NCBI RefSeq assembly: GCF_009914755.1
Contig: NC_060936.1
Strand: one strand, 5' to 3'
Length of the DNA stretch: 64,000 nt
DNA from: the human T2T-CHM13v2.0 reference genome, Homo sapiens
Shown: piece by piece, positions 1 to 13,987 of the stretch
Numbering within the stretch: position 1 is the first letter of the stretch
How the letters are laid out: each line of letters starts with the position of its first letter
Position numbers and translations under genes: made by a program
Notes under the pieces: generated by a model
What the model saw: only the letters and a program-made list of their open reading frames with translations
The model's database searches: none
Told to the model about the DNA's origin: nothing

Positions 1-1538
1 CTAAAGCCAAACCAAACCATTTGAGCAAGAACTATGGACTATTCATACAGTTTATCAAATTTAGCCAGATGACAGAGACAGTGTCTGACAAAAGGTTGAA
101 TCTAGTAAAAAAAAAAAAAAAAATTCACTTAGGATAAAATGTCTAATGGAGATTAAAACTTTAAAATATGTACTAAATTGGTGTTCCCCAGGCTGTTCAT
201 ATTCTCAGTGCCTACAGAATACAGAAAAGCTAGAAATAGCTAATGTAGCTTTGGAGGATAACAGAAATTTTGTTTGGTTTTGTTCCTATGTTTTCTTCAA
301 AATGTTGTTATTCTTTATATAACTATTTAGGTTATTTTAATTGGTTTAAAAAAGCTCGAGTCTATTCCAGGAGGGATTGTTTAAAAAAAAAAGATAGAAT
401 TTAAAAAGGTTGAGTCTCTACATGGATGAGAAAAAAAAAGCCAATATAAGTCTTTTATATAAACCAATCTCTTAAAACATTTTAATAAATATTTTATTTT
501 AATCTATTAAAATCCCTTCATAGCCCACTAACATTCTAAAATACCAGCTATAGATTTCAAGTTCATTTTTTAGAACTTTGAAAGAAAAATAGATATATTG
601 CATAAGAAAGGTGATGAACTTAATAATAGTTATGGAAAAAGATACAAATATAACAATGAAAGGTCCTGCAGATTAATTTAACCATTTAATTAAGAAAAAG
701 AGAGCACTATTACTTAGGTAATTTTTTAAAGTCAATATTACTATAACTCAGTATATTAAAGGCTTTCAAAATGAAGGAATTAGTCATGGAATAGTGTTTT
801 GTATAATTAATGACATATTTAACTTTTTCATTTAGTCATATTGCTATCTTTACTCCTAATCAAAATGCAATTTACAGAATGTATTATTTCATCGAGAAAT
901 TAACAGCTGGCTTGTAAGAAACATTTAAGTTAGGTTAATTACTGCCTTTTAAATTTGTATAATATACTGTGACAGAAAATTAATGATGCTCACACTATTT
1001 AGCATAGTTCATAACCCATATTTTAATGAAAATATACTATTATTAGTGATATACATGATACAGATATAATACACTCTAATTGCTGGTCATTTTATGTCTG
1101 TTCTATATAATTCTATAAAATGAAGCCATATTCATTCTGCTTATTAATTTAGACTTCACAGATAAAAATTTGCATTTAATATATTCATGTGTATATTGGA
1201 TTATGTGAATTTTATTAACCTAAGGCATGACAAGTGGGGTTTGACTGACAGTTTCTCAAGATTCTAATCTGGTCAAGAATTCATTTTCCTTTCATCTTAT
1301 CACAGACATATGAAAATCTTAAACTGAACACGTTAGCATTTTAAGTAGTATCCATTTTCTTCCTGTGCACTGTGCCAAAAGTGAGATAACTACTTGCATA
1401 GTGTCCATGGAGAGGTGTTTCCATAACATGCCCTGATAATAAATTTGTGACAACTCCAGTTCTGCTGTCTCAAATGTAAGTTTCTTACAGAAGCCTAAGT
1501 TAAAATCTCTTTCTTTTTCTGTAGCAAAAATCAAGGCC

Positions 1539-1584
1539 TATTATATTATATTATATTATATTATATTATATTATATTACATTAT
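1539..1584. repeat. (TTATA)n pentanucleotide microsatellite
   Basis: About 9 copies read directly. Confidence 0.95.
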
Positions 1585-2599
1585 CAACTACCAAATTTAG
1601 GTTTCTTGAATTGGGTCACTGCTTTCTTTAGTCATACTAAGTTCAGTGATCGTCTTTATGCCAGTTGCTAGTGATTGGCTATAGGACTTCTCCAAACAAG
1701 GACTACAATTATAGGAAAGAAATGGTATACCTCTGAGCTAATATGAGAACACATATTTTTTGAACCATAGGCAAAAAATACTAGAAAAAGTGCCATTGTA
1801 GTTGTACCATAGAACATAATTTTAGAAATATAGGACTCCCGTGAAATACTTGAAGAAAATTTGATAAATATATTGCATGAATAGTCAAGATGGCTATATT
1901 AAAATGGGTGTGAAATAAAGTTTTATTACTTTTTTAAAGTAATACCAACTAACTTCTGTGCAGGTCAATGATAACGAGTAAAATATGTCTACTGGTTTCA
2001 AGATATTTCCAAGAAAGTTTAGAAGATGTGAGTTCTCACAAGACAATATAGCTCATTAAAAAAAAAAAAACCTTAAATAATATCCAGTTTAAGAGATTTC
2101 AAATACCATTGCATTTATAATTCACTTTGAAGTATCTATATTCCAGAAAATCACTGACAATGGCAAATGTTTCTGAGTCATTGCTATAGAAAATATCCAA
2201 GATGGGTTATTGCAGACATAAAACTTCCCCTAAAAGAAGAGAATTCAAAGGAGGCAAGTAACAAAATTTATTTTTGAGTGAGAAAATATGACAGATTTTC
2301 AAATCTCTCATTTTGGCTTATTCAGCATATTGAGAAAGAAGCATATCAGAGAAACAGAGAAGCCACAGAGGATAGTAGGGCAGTTCCATCCCATTAGGGT
2401 GAAAGGACAAACAGGAAAAATGTGAAACTGGGCAACCTAAATTCTATTGGATTATCTGAACTATGAAAACCTTTAAGATATGCATTTCTAACTGAACAGG
2501 AAGAGTAAATAAATAATATAATAAATGTTTGTACATAGCAGCAGAATAACTTTTTTTCACAAGTTACAAATATTTTAGCATTTTTCTGTTAACCCACAA

Positions 2600-2990
2600 T
2601 TCTCCAATTATTTTTTCAAAAACACAAAGAAAGTAAAAGCCTCCCTGGAATTATTACTATATACTCTAAAAGTAACTGCAATAATCAGTTTGGTGTAAAT
2701 CCCTTCAGACTTTTGGTAGTGCATGAATATGTATTTTTGCATTAATGACATTTTCCTATAACATTTTGCTATAGACTAGATTTTCATTCAGTCATGAGGC
2801 ATAAGCATTTTATATCATTACATATGAACCTACCTTATAATTTTGTCACTACAGTGTTTAATTAAATAACTGCATCATAATTCAATTGAATAATCCTTTT
2901 TGAAGTATCTTTTTAATACAGTAATATAAGCCATCATGCAACATATGTAAATGAACAATCATGCAACACACACACTTCTAGTGGAATTTA
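2600..2990 (-). mobile_element. Degenerate old L1 (L1ME-like) 3' fragment
   Basis: GTAACTGCAATAATCAGTTTGGTGTAAATCCCTTCAGACTTTT resembles an antisense L1ME 3'UTR. Confidence 0.5.
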
Positions 2991-5599
2991 CATTTTTACA
3001 CAGTTTCTAATAAGCCTCTGTGATATGAGGGGACCAGTTTCTGTGGAATATATAGGAACTGCCAGGGACTTTTTCATATATAATTTCATAAAATCAAAAC
3101 ATTTGTTTGTAGAAATTGTGAGCATTGTTTTACAGTAGAAGACAATATGTTTCAAAGAAGTTGAAAAGTTTGTTGAAAGACACATACATAATATACGGCA
3201 AAACAAATCTTCAAAATCAGTTGTGTTTGGATGATTCCTTGGTCATTCCAGGTCAACAAACTGCAGGAAAGGCACTTTAAATGTATGTATATTTATTTGA
3301 TTAGATCATGCTTTTTTAATCAGATGGTTTGAGTCTCAAACTGTTTTCCTTAACCACAAATCTCTGATTTGCTTTTCTAAACAGCACAAAAATTGTGCTG
3401 TTCTGATTTTCACCTAACATCCTTAACAGGAAACCTGGCTGTTCAGACAAAAATGGAGTTGCCATAGTGCTCTAGCCAAAAGTATCAGCTCAAAAATTGT
3501 CTCAGCAGGAATGATGGGTTTCTATATTTCTACATTTTAAATACAAATTGACATCACCCATGGACATCAAAAATAAAATTTTCCCATCTGGTGCATATTA
3601 TAGTATATTGGAACTAATTGGTTTGGTTGGAAAATGAGGCAATCCTCTACATAAATGAACGTATGTATTCTCTCCAGAGTGATAGTCAAGTCCAAACTCT
3701 CAGTATATGGACTAAATCTTTTTTCCTAATTCAGTAATCCCATTGCTTTCATAATAAATCCTTACTTGTAACTTTTTAAACAACTATTTTCTTTTCTTTT
3801 GAGTAAAAAGCGTTCTTTACCTCCTAATACGTCAGTCTATTATGGGATCAGGAAGTCATCTATTTATTTATTAAACAAAACTTATGAAACAATTATTATT
3901 TCCTAGATTTATGCTAGACTCTAGGGATATAAAAACAAATTACACATAGAATCAATATCTTCACGTAGTAGTTACCAATATAGTAGGTAGGAAAGTTATA
4001 TGGGCAAGGAATTGTTATAATGTCGACTATAAGGTGAAAATATAGTCCAAAGTTCATTTTGAGTTATAATACAGAAGACATATGAACACCAGTGTAATTT
4101 TGGTTTCCAGGACAACATTAATATGGTATCTAATAACATAAAAATGTTAAAGTAATTGGAATACTCCAAGGTGGGAGAAATGTACCATTTAATATGTGAT
4201 GTCAATGTGTAATTATGCAAAGAAATACAATGCCTGGTTAACAGTAATTTAAAACTCTCCTAGTCTGTATTTTGAGTCAGTACAGTGAACAAGTTAGTCA
4301 ACCTACCAGTGAGCATGTTAAAAGCCAGATGAATGACCAGATTTTTTTGTTCACCTGAGTGGGTATTTTGCCATTGTCTAATCGCAACCTCCGTGCAGCT
4401 CCCAGTGATTTGGCTACGTGAGTGCTTTCTGGAGCTTATGTGTCATTCAGGGCATCTCTGGCGTCTGCACTTCTGTCTGTTCTAATGACCACACTCAGCA
4501 AGCTCCAGCTTTCGAAGGAGACTCCACTAATTAGCTTAGTCGGCATAGCATCTGGTAACTGGTTGGTGGGATAAACAGAAAAGACTCCCGAAGTGAAGGA
4601 TGGAAAAATGAATTCTCCAGGCCATGAAGAGCAAAATGAAATTATGAGCATACAACCCAAAACCATGAAGAAGCTTGATCATTTACATTAGCCGCATCTG
4701 TAACATTGCCTGGCACGAAATCCTGGGCCAAAATGGAGATAATTGGAATTATGCAATACTCAGCGCTTCAGTTTGGCATCAGTTTCATAATATAATAAAA
4801 CTTATCATTTGTAAGCCTGTCTGCTTTTTCAAAAAAAGACCTAGAACAATTTGATCTGTCCTGCTACAGCAGACACTGATGCAGGTGGTTTAAAAACAAA
4901 GCATTTAATCAGGCAGGGTTTTACTTAAACTACTTGATGATTCATCATCCAGCCTCTGCTCATTGTCAATTGTGCCTCTCTGAGCTATTATTTATAGAAT
5001 ATTTAAAGAGCCTGGACTGCATGTGCCTCTGTCTTGGGTTCTATTGTACTATAAATTATAGGTCCAGTTTGTTTCAAATTCGGCATGGACTGTCAGGATA
5101 CCATGACTCATCCTCTGTTCAGATGAATACTGTATATGGCTAAAGCAAAAAGTACTGTTGTTACTATTAATTTATAGGTAATTCTGGAATATTCCTAGAC
5201 TACAGTTTTGTCATGTTTTAGGTCCACAGAATCACTCTATTCCTACATTCCCCTATGTTCTTCTTTCCACAGGGTAAAAATAAATGAGTGGCTTTATGAC
5301 CACTATGTAAATTCTGGTCTTCTAAATGGCCACTGCTAAAGGAGGTTGTTCGGGATGACACAACCCTTTCTCCATCATGAAAACAGACCAACTTTTCCTA
5401 AGTAGAGACTGCATAGATTTATTGAAATCACATTCTATATGCTGAGGGATTTTTGTTTTGTTTTGTTTTTCTTAAGCTGACTATTAAAAACAAAGTAAGC
5501 CAGAATTAGATTAAAGAAAGGAAAAATTGACCTTTAATGAGAAAACCAAGAGGGCAAAATTTTTTGTGTCTCATTTTTTAGCACTCAATAATTGCAATT

Positions 5600-5745
5600 A
5601 AATATTCAGTTTACTTCATCCCCATAGGCTCCTTGGAAGCAGAACTGTCTATTTTCTTCATCACTGTATTCTAGCCTTTAACACATAGTAAGGGCACAAT
5701 AAAAAGAGCGGTGGTAGGAATCAATGCATGAGTGAATGAGTAAAA
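5600..5745 (+). mobile_element. L2 3' end fragment
   Basis: GCTCCTTGGAAGCAGAACTGTC...TTCATCACTGTATTC...ACATAGTAAG...GAGTGAATGAG, a typical L2 terminus. Confidence 0.65.
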
Positions 5746-7961
5746 GACAAGTTGTGTGGCTAGACTATTGTGAGTCTGGAGAAAGTGGATTTTTTTAACA
5801 TTAAAGGATGAGAATAGGAATGAATGATATAGGGAAGAGATGAAATGGATATGTTTGTATCTGGTCTGAGAGTCCACTTCAAAATGAACATTCCCTCTTC
5901 AGAGCACCCATGCATTGCTCATGTGCTGCTATTGCACCCATCACATTGATTTGTTATAGCTCCTAGGGGTTACTTAGATGGATTAGTTCACCTTTTTATT
6001 TCCAGCATAGAGTGTGGCACATTAGAAGTATCCGAAGTGCATTTATGTATACACTGACTCATACTGGATGAACAGTATCATCATCGCCCAATCCTAAAGT
6101 CTTGCCCCGTTTAAGGAGCTTTGAGGTATTATTGTCTTGAAAACTCATGGAAATGGAAATAATGCACAAGAAGCAATGTCTGAAAGAGTCAGGCATTCAG
6201 CAAACACAATTTTTTGTAAAATTTGAAAACCCAAACCACAGTATGACATTAAGAAAACACAAATATTACTTAGCCAAAAGAAAAACCATTTTGAAATTTT
6301 TCATAAAATATTTAGAAAGAAAGAACTTGGAGCCTGGAGCAGTAGAGTGAGAAATAAGGAAGGAATATGTGGGAGAGAAGAGAAAGGGAAAAGAAAGTGC
6401 ATCAGATTTTTTATTGTTATTAGCACTAAACTGGTTTGCTTTGGGCCCTTAGCCAGGGTTGCTTTTTAAAACTATCCAAATATTTTTTTTAAAAATCCTC
6501 AATGATATTTATATGTCTACTAACATTTCAGTTGTTTTTATAGGGTCAGTGATATTAAGGCAAATTATTCAGATTCACATGGTGAACAAAGGCACTTCAT
6601 AGAATTCTTGGACTACTTAGAGAATCAGAGAGATACTTTCTCTAGCTGCTACTTCATTTGTGGCCTTAGAGAAATAATGCATTAATCTCCAATTAGATCA
6701 TGTCATCTTTCAGGATGTTTAGCTAAGGTGAAATGTGTAATTAAACATTTTAAATTGCATGTCACCTCCACCCACAGGGTTGACACATGTTTTCTTTTTG
6801 GTATAGTTTTGTGTAAGGATTCACTCAGTATATCCAGAAGTCACCTTGACCATGAAAATAAATCTGCTGCAAATTACAGCCTCACAATTAACTCAAACAT
6901 TATCATCTATTATTTGTGTTCTCTGACTTGAGGAGCAGGTATTTGATTTTTTTCCACTTTTTACTTATTAACATAACTTTTATATTTGAATATATAGTAA
7001 TTTTTTAAATTACCAAAATGATAGCAGGTATTAAGTGACAGTCTTCAGAATGATCCTATGTGGTACCCTGTGTAGCTTTTCTTATAATAAAAATATACAT
7101 GGAACATCAGAGAGAGAGAGAGAAAGAGAGAAAGAAAAATATATGTAAATATCTTTTTAATATTGAGCTAATTTAAGCTTCATCAGTTTGTTGTGCATAT
7201 GATATTTACCCTACAGATTTGTTTTCAATAATGGTATACTATGATGAATAACTTTAAATAGAAGTATTTTTCATTTAGAACTTTGTTGAATATTAGCACA
7301 TGAGGGAAAAATAAAATATGTAACTCATCTATCTGTGTAAAATAATAAATGCTAGATCTAAAGGAGCCATTTGCTAAAATGTACTTAAACAAATGCATAT
7401 TGCCTGCATTATATTTCTCTACTCTTTTATTGCACTATTAGTCAGAAATTTAAATTCTATTTTTGAGCTTGTGATTATCCTGAATACTAAGTGAAAGGGA
7501 AGTGATGATGGAATTTTTATTTTAATGATAACAACAGTTTTCAAGGGAGATAATCAAAATCTTTTTCTGAAGTTTGAAGATGAGAAAACTGTGTAAATCC
7601 ATCTGCTGAGTTCATGTGCCTTTTGAGATTTGCTTTTCTGTCTTTTAATTTCACATTTCTGGTTTTTAAATTATTTCTCCTATAAAAGAATTTTTTGATG
7701 TCATTAATGCCGTTTCATTTTGAAATGACGGTTAAACAGAGTTTCTAATAATTCAACAGTTCTGTTTGGTTTTGTACAACATGTTATATTCAGGTGATAT
7801 CTGAATGATCAACTGGATCAAAATTCAGAAGACAAGAAAAGCGTTGCTTGATCGATTTTCAAACACACATTCAGGTTTTGTCCATAGATCTTGAATGCCA
7901 TAACACCAGTTGTGCCTCAGGGAAAAGCATATGCTTACTTGTCACATAGATTTTTAGTTGG

Positions 7962-8264
7962 TATGTTAGACCATTTGGGTCATTATAACAAAATACCTTA
8001 GACCGGGTAATTTATAAATAACAGAAATGTATTACTTACAGTTCTGGAAGCTGGAAACTCCTGGATCAAGGCCCTGGCAGATTCTGTCTGGTGAGAGCCC
8101 ATTCCTTATGGTGGTAACTTCTATATGTCTTCCCACCACAGAAGGGGTAAGCAAGCTTCTTGGCCTCTTTTATAAAGGCACTAATTCCATTCATGAGGGC
8201 AGAGCCCCCCCAGAGGCCCACCTCTTAATGCCATTTTTGGAGACACAACATTCAAACCACAGCA
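7962..8264 (-). mobile_element. MLT1A/MLT1A0-like solo LTR (ERVL-MaLR)
   Basis: TATAACAAAATACC...CAGTTCTGGAAGCTGG...TCCATTCATGAGGGC...CATTCAAACCACAGCA; near-perfect 5-bp TSD GTTGG/ATTGG. Confidence 0.9.
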
Positions 8265-8378
8265 ATTGGTTTTAGTGTCATTGAACTACAAGCTTTATAA
8301 GGACCAGAAAGAAACTTTTTTTTTTGCCCTTAACCTAACAGTTTTCTGGGTCCATGCGTTTTATTTTCTGCCAAGATA

Positions 8379-8380
<2 letters not shown>

Positions 8381-8417
<37 letters not shown>

Positions 8418-8440
8418 ATGTAGAGAGAGAGAGAGAGAGA
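8381..8440. repeat. Compound (TG)18-(AG)n microsatellite
   Basis: Read directly. Confidence 0.97.
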
Positions 8441-8879
8441 AGCACTCAAATGCAATGTCTGCACTATCAATTGCATTTTCCCCTATCTTTTGAAATTTCA
8501 AGTTCAAACTCGTAGTTTAATATTTTTCTTTGGCTGAAAATAAATGAGTTGATCTGTGTGGAATGGGGTGATAAAAGAGGTCAAGGTGTGTGGGTAAGGA
8601 TGGAAACTTCTATAATATGAAAAAATACTGCAATGAAGGTGCAGTATGAGGGTGCTTTACTTCTCTATTGAACACAGATACTTTTTGAATGGAAATGTGG
8701 TATGTAGTAATTTGGGAGAGAGTATCTTAGTAATAATGGAGTACCAACATTGACAGAATGACTGGTATGGGGGGGCAGAATGTGCATTTAATAAATATTT
8801 CACAAAAGTGCAATAACAGTCTGAGAAATACCTGGAACATTTTAACATAAGATATTAATATAAAACACAGACAAATAAT

Positions 8880-9125
8880 CTGGAGACACACTTATTGAGT
8901 TTGAATCCTAGCTCTTCTCCTTTTTTTTTCCATGATGGGCAATTTGTTTAACTTCCCTGAGCCTCAGTTTCCTCATGGGTAAAATTGGGGAAACAGTAGC
9001 ATCTATTTCATTAAATTGTCTTGATGGTTAACTGAGTTAATATCTCTCTCCCTACCCCTGCTAGAAAGAAAACTTGAGGAGGTTTTAACGTGTTTCAGGA
9101 ATGTGGCCCAAACACCTGAAACAAT
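8880..9125 (+). mobile_element. MIR SINE
   Basis: Core TTTGAATCCTAGCTC...TTAACTTCCCTGAGCCTCAGTTTCCTCAT...GTAAAATTGGGG. Confidence 0.85.
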
Positions 9126-9273
9126 GATGAAAATCATTTTAAACTTAAAATAGGCATCAAAAATGAAAAAAAAAAAAGTGTTTATTGTCAAAAATAATGA
9201 CATTTGTGCAGAGGTTCTGTATTTTAGTAGCCAATTACTCTGTAATATTTATTGAGATTTGACTCCGTATATA

Positions 9274-9410
9274 TAAGGGAGTTTCAAAAAGCTTATGGAA
9301 AATGTAGTTAAAAGATAAAATTAAAAATATAAACTTTATTTCTTGACATAAGTTCTATCAAGTTCAAGAAACTTTTGTACATGAAGAACTAAAGTTCCTG
9401 GGAATTTAAA
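9274..9410 (-). mobile_element. HSMAR2 (mariner) right-end fragment
   Basis: TA followed by TIR-like TAAGGGAGTTTCAAAAAGCTTATGGAAAAT; minus strand translates QKFLELDRTYVKK*, cf. mariner C-terminus QKCLELDGAYVEK*. Confidence 0.8.
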
Positions 9411-9765
9411 TGTACTCTAGAGCAGTTAAATGGAGTCTATTTTTCAAAACCCATCTAGGCCATAAAGCCTTTCCTGACTTGAAAAAGAAAGATCAAATAG
9501 GACAGGAGCCCCACATCAGTGATTTCAAGGAGAATGCACAGCAGAGTGAATATGGACTATATCCTTTGTCCATTTTATCAGAGGACTAAGGAGATAAGGT
9601 CAGAATCAGAAAAAGATTTGCTGTTGAAAGTCACATTTGTTGATTCCACTGGCTGTCCACTGTTTGAGGGAGACTGATGGGCAAACATCTGCTTAGTTTT
9701 TCTATCAATTGTCAATTTACCGGAAAATATACCCATGTGCCTTGATTATTAAGAAGAACACCTAA

Positions 9766-9894
9766 AACCGGTCACAGTGGCTCATGCCTGAAATCCCAGC
9801 CCTTTGGGAGGCCCAGGCAGGAGGACAGCTTGAGTCCAGTTGTTCAAACTATCCTGGGCAACATGGTGAGAGCCTGTCTCTATTTTAAATAAAG
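9766..9894 (+). mobile_element. FLAM (free left Alu monomer)
   Basis: Single left-arm Alu sequence with 15-bp TSD AAGAAGAA(C/T)ACCTAA at 9751-9765 and 9895-9909. Confidence 0.88.
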
Positions 9895-10009
9895 AAGAAG
9901 AATACCTAAGAAGTAGTTACTTTTTTTCCCTACTTTCATTTTCTCCTTAAATAAAAGTGCTTTCTAAGTATTTTAAAGAAAACTCTTCTTTCTCATCCTG
10001 CCTCTTGCT

Positions 10010-10225
10010 GAAGCACTTACGACGTTCAAACATTAAGCATAATACTTACATTATTTCAACTAATACAAAAACTCTTTGGGATGAATTTTATTGACTTTAT
10101 TTTGAAGCTTTAAAATGAACTCAGAAAGATTAAGTAATTTGTCTGTGATCACACAGCTAGTAGGAGAGTAGAGCCAAGGTTGGATCCTGTTTCTTTTTAA
10201 AGGAAAAGCTTATATTCTTTGCATT
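10010..10225 (-). mobile_element. MIR SINE
   Basis: CTCAGAAAGATTAAGTAATTTGTCTGTGATCACACAGCTAGTA, antisense MIR core. Confidence 0.75.
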
Positions 10226-10975
10226 TCTTTGGGAGTCAAATAGCGTGCTGAACTGAATCACTACATGGTTTTTGTTATTGTTACTGTTGTTGTTGTTATT
10301 TTGGGTTGTTAAGGTCCTGTGCACATTTTTTTTTAAACCTGGAGATCTTAATCTTGTAAGGTGTTTTCAAATAATACTCACAAAATAAGTAAATAAAGAA
10401 ATCCTACAAAATGTAGAAAATCAGTAACATTATACCAAATTGTTTGGTTCAGAAATTGCTTAAGACTTTAAAATCAGTTGACCCAATCTGTAATTTTATT
10501 TGCTTTCCAGCCTTCAGATAATTTTCAAACAAAAGAAATAACTAAAAAACTTTAATTTCTCTTTTCCTTTAAATTCTTGCATAGTTTCATGTGAGATCAT
10601 AGCCTGTTATAATTCTGTTCAAACTAATTTTTATGGAAAAAAACCATTTTTGAGTGTACTTTTCATCTTTCTTTGTGAAGAAAGTTATAAGATAAAGATT
10701 TATCTCCCTTCTCCAAGTGTCCTTTAATAAATGGATTATGCTTCTGAAGCCCAGGTAGTTTCAAGCAACAGCACAAACACTGCACACAAGAGCTGTCACT
10801 TAGAAATGAAGTAATCAATAAACACTTCAAATTTCTTTTTAAAATTTATTTCACAAATCCAAACAAAACAAGTTTGTCTATAAGTTCCTTGCCATGTTTT
10901 TTTTTCTTTTTTTCCCCTGTTTATATAATTCTTATTTAGTCCCTATCAGTTATGTTCAGGAACAGGCCAAAATCA

Positions 10976-11305
<330 letters not shown>

Positions 11306-13084
11306 TTATGGTGATTGAGTTTTATTACTTGCAGCTGTAATTTGAAATAAAGGAAACCACACTATGCTTAACCTCATTTTGGATCATTTACGCAAACGTG
11401 GAAAACTTTCAAGATCTGTATAGTATCTGAGAAAAATATTTAGAGGGCTTACAAGTCTACTTTTTTTTTGATATGTGAAAAGATTTCCTACATAAATATT
11501 CTTATAATATGCTAACTCAAACTTCATTCTTTCATTTTTCAGCAAATTATTCAGTCAATCCATTTAGTTACTTTGCAAACTGATAGAAAGCTGTCAATAT
11601 CTACAAACTGATAAAAAGCTATAAAACTGCAGCATAAGGGAAGCCCATTTGCATTCAGCTGAGTTTAACTTGAATACCTAGATAACTTCTGGAAATTTGA
11701 GAAGCTACCTAAGCTGGAATGCGCAAATGTAGCTACCTGCTTACCTCACAGTTATTGTTATGAAATAAAAGACTAAAACCTTAAAAAAATACAGCATGTA
11801 TATACGTAATTTATATATGCATGCTGTATTGAGGGAAACTCGGGAGATGTTCCAAAGTGTTGAATCAGCTAGAAGAAAGATTTTTTTAACTAAATATGTA
11901 TGTTCATAAATATATTTAGAATAAAATTATAGGTAACTGCAAATATAATAGCTTAAGATGTTTGTTTAGAGTTACTGAGATAATCTTATTTTAAAATTTG
12001 TAATTTAAAAGCTACCTTACATAAAAATACTGATTTTATTTTGCTTCAAATTTGTTCTTTAATTTTTTTGTACACATCTGATATCACAAAAACATTGTTT
12101 ATGAATTGGCACTGCTACCTTAAAATGTAAATGAGGGGGAACTTCGCCATAGATATCCATTATTCTGTTGGACAATTCTAGCAAGAGACACCTAAAAAGG
12201 AAGAATAAGTCAAACATAGAGGTTCTAGCCTCTTATTACAAACAACAGCTGTCAGGGCTTCTTAAGAATATGTGCCCATCAGAGAAGGCTGCTGAGTTCT
12301 TCTGTGTCTGAAATTAATAAAAACGCAGTTGCAATGCCAGCTATGTAAGCCAGGGAGGAACTCGGTGGAAAAGTGAGATAACAGGGGAAATGTTTTTATG
12401 TCTTTGGAGCTGTAAGTGCATTTCAATGTTATGCCATGATCAGAAGGGCCATATGAAGCAATTTTGTTTCTGAAGAATTGTGGTTATAGAGTTTGAACTG
12501 CAGGTATCAGTAAACAAATAAACACTACTGGTGATTTTGAAATTGATACAAAGCCAAAGTTAGGAAAAACTGCATTCCAGAACTGTTTTAAAATGTAATA
12601 TAAATTCAAAGTTCCAAAATTTATATATTTTTAAATTCTTGGTTTTTTAAAATTTTACCGTCTAATAGTCAATACATTAGTGAAGAAATTTAATAAAAAT
12701 GGCAACTTTACCACTCATATGTTTTTCTGGGAGTTATGCTGGCTTTTGTTTTAACCCCATTTGAACCCATTCTTTTAGGTAGATTTCTTTCTAAACATTG
12801 GCCTTTTCAGATTTTCTCTAAATATGCATTTCAAGTAATAACTTGAATTTCAGGAATTTTTTGGTCATATTTTTCTGCCACAATTTAAATATATACAGCA
12901 ATCTGGCAATATAGTGACCTGCAAAATCAGTGCTCATTTCTTGAGTGAATAAGTAAATATGTTTATAATTTGGAAAATAGAAACACTTTTCTGACTCAAT
13001 CTTTATCCCTAAGTTTCCCTTATCTTAAAGAAATGCCAAACAACAACAACAGCAACACCAACAACAAAACTGAGTTCCTTTAGC

Positions 13085-13340
13085 ATGAATGAAACCATTT
13101 GGTGAGCTAAATGTAACAAACAAATGTTCTCGCGTGCTTCCTGCTCTGGGACATCCCAGGCTCTTGAAGAGGACCAAGTTCAGAGCGGCACCATCAGTGT
13201 CATGTTATGAAGGGGGCTGCAGGATCCGCAGGTACCCAGGAAGGATTCTCACTTACATCAATAGGGTTAGAGATGGCTTCTGGGAGATGTCACCTGGAAT
13301 ATGGAACACTTTTGAAAATTTTCAAGTGAAAAAAACTTAA
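13085..13340 (-). mobile_element. L2 fragment
   Basis: GGGTTAGAGATGGCTTCTGGGAGATGTCACCTG resembles an antisense L2 3' region. Confidence 0.55.
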
Positions 13341-13693
13341 CCTAGCTAAAAGTTTTAAAGAAGGACCTACCATGTTTTTTTCCTGTAGAACTAAAAATAT
13401 TAGTTTATACTTGAATTGCAAGAATGTCTATTAGCCCAGTGGTCTGTGTTCACATGTTAGCACTTTGGAGCATACGGTAGAGGTGGAAAGCAATATAAAA
13501 CTATCAGAATTGTTTTATATAGCCCAATATGGCTCTGTCATCCATTAATTTTCTAAAGTTTTCTTCAAAAACACGTATATATTCATTCTACCTTTCTGAA
13601 GTAGTTTATTTCTGTACTCAAAATGCCCATTGAGTATTTTTTTGTTGCTGTTTCCTTAAGTTTGCTACTTCAAGCTTTATTTTTTTTAAGAAA

Positions 13694-13987
13694 TTTTTTT
13701 TTTAGAAAAAGTTTCTCACTTTGTCATGCAGCCTGGAGTGCAGTAGTGTGATCACAGTTCACTGCAGCCTCCAACTCCTGGGATCACTTCCTACCTCAGC
13801 CTCCAGAGTAGCTGGTACTACAGGTATGCCCCACCTACCCACTGGCTAATTTTTTGAATTTGTATTTTGTGGCGACATAATCTTATTGTGTTGCCCAAGC
13901 TGGTCTTGAACTCCTGGCCCCAAGTGATCCTCCCACCTCAGCCTCCTAAACTGCTGGGACTACAGGTACCAGCCACTGCTCCCAGCA
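13694..13987 (-). mobile_element. AluJ
   Basis: CACTGCAGCCTCCAACTCCTGGG and TGTTGCCCAAGCTGG...AAGTGATCCTCCC are J-type diagnostics. Confidence 0.93.

Noticed and set aside
4436-4666. 76-aa minus-strand ORF in the CpG-rich block
   Set aside because: No recognisable family or convincing exon structure; better explained as non-coding sequence.
11739-11747. Strong minus-strand donor GAG|GTAAGC, a possible antisense lncRNA exon end
   Set aside because: No matching acceptor or promoter could be supported from the sequence alone.
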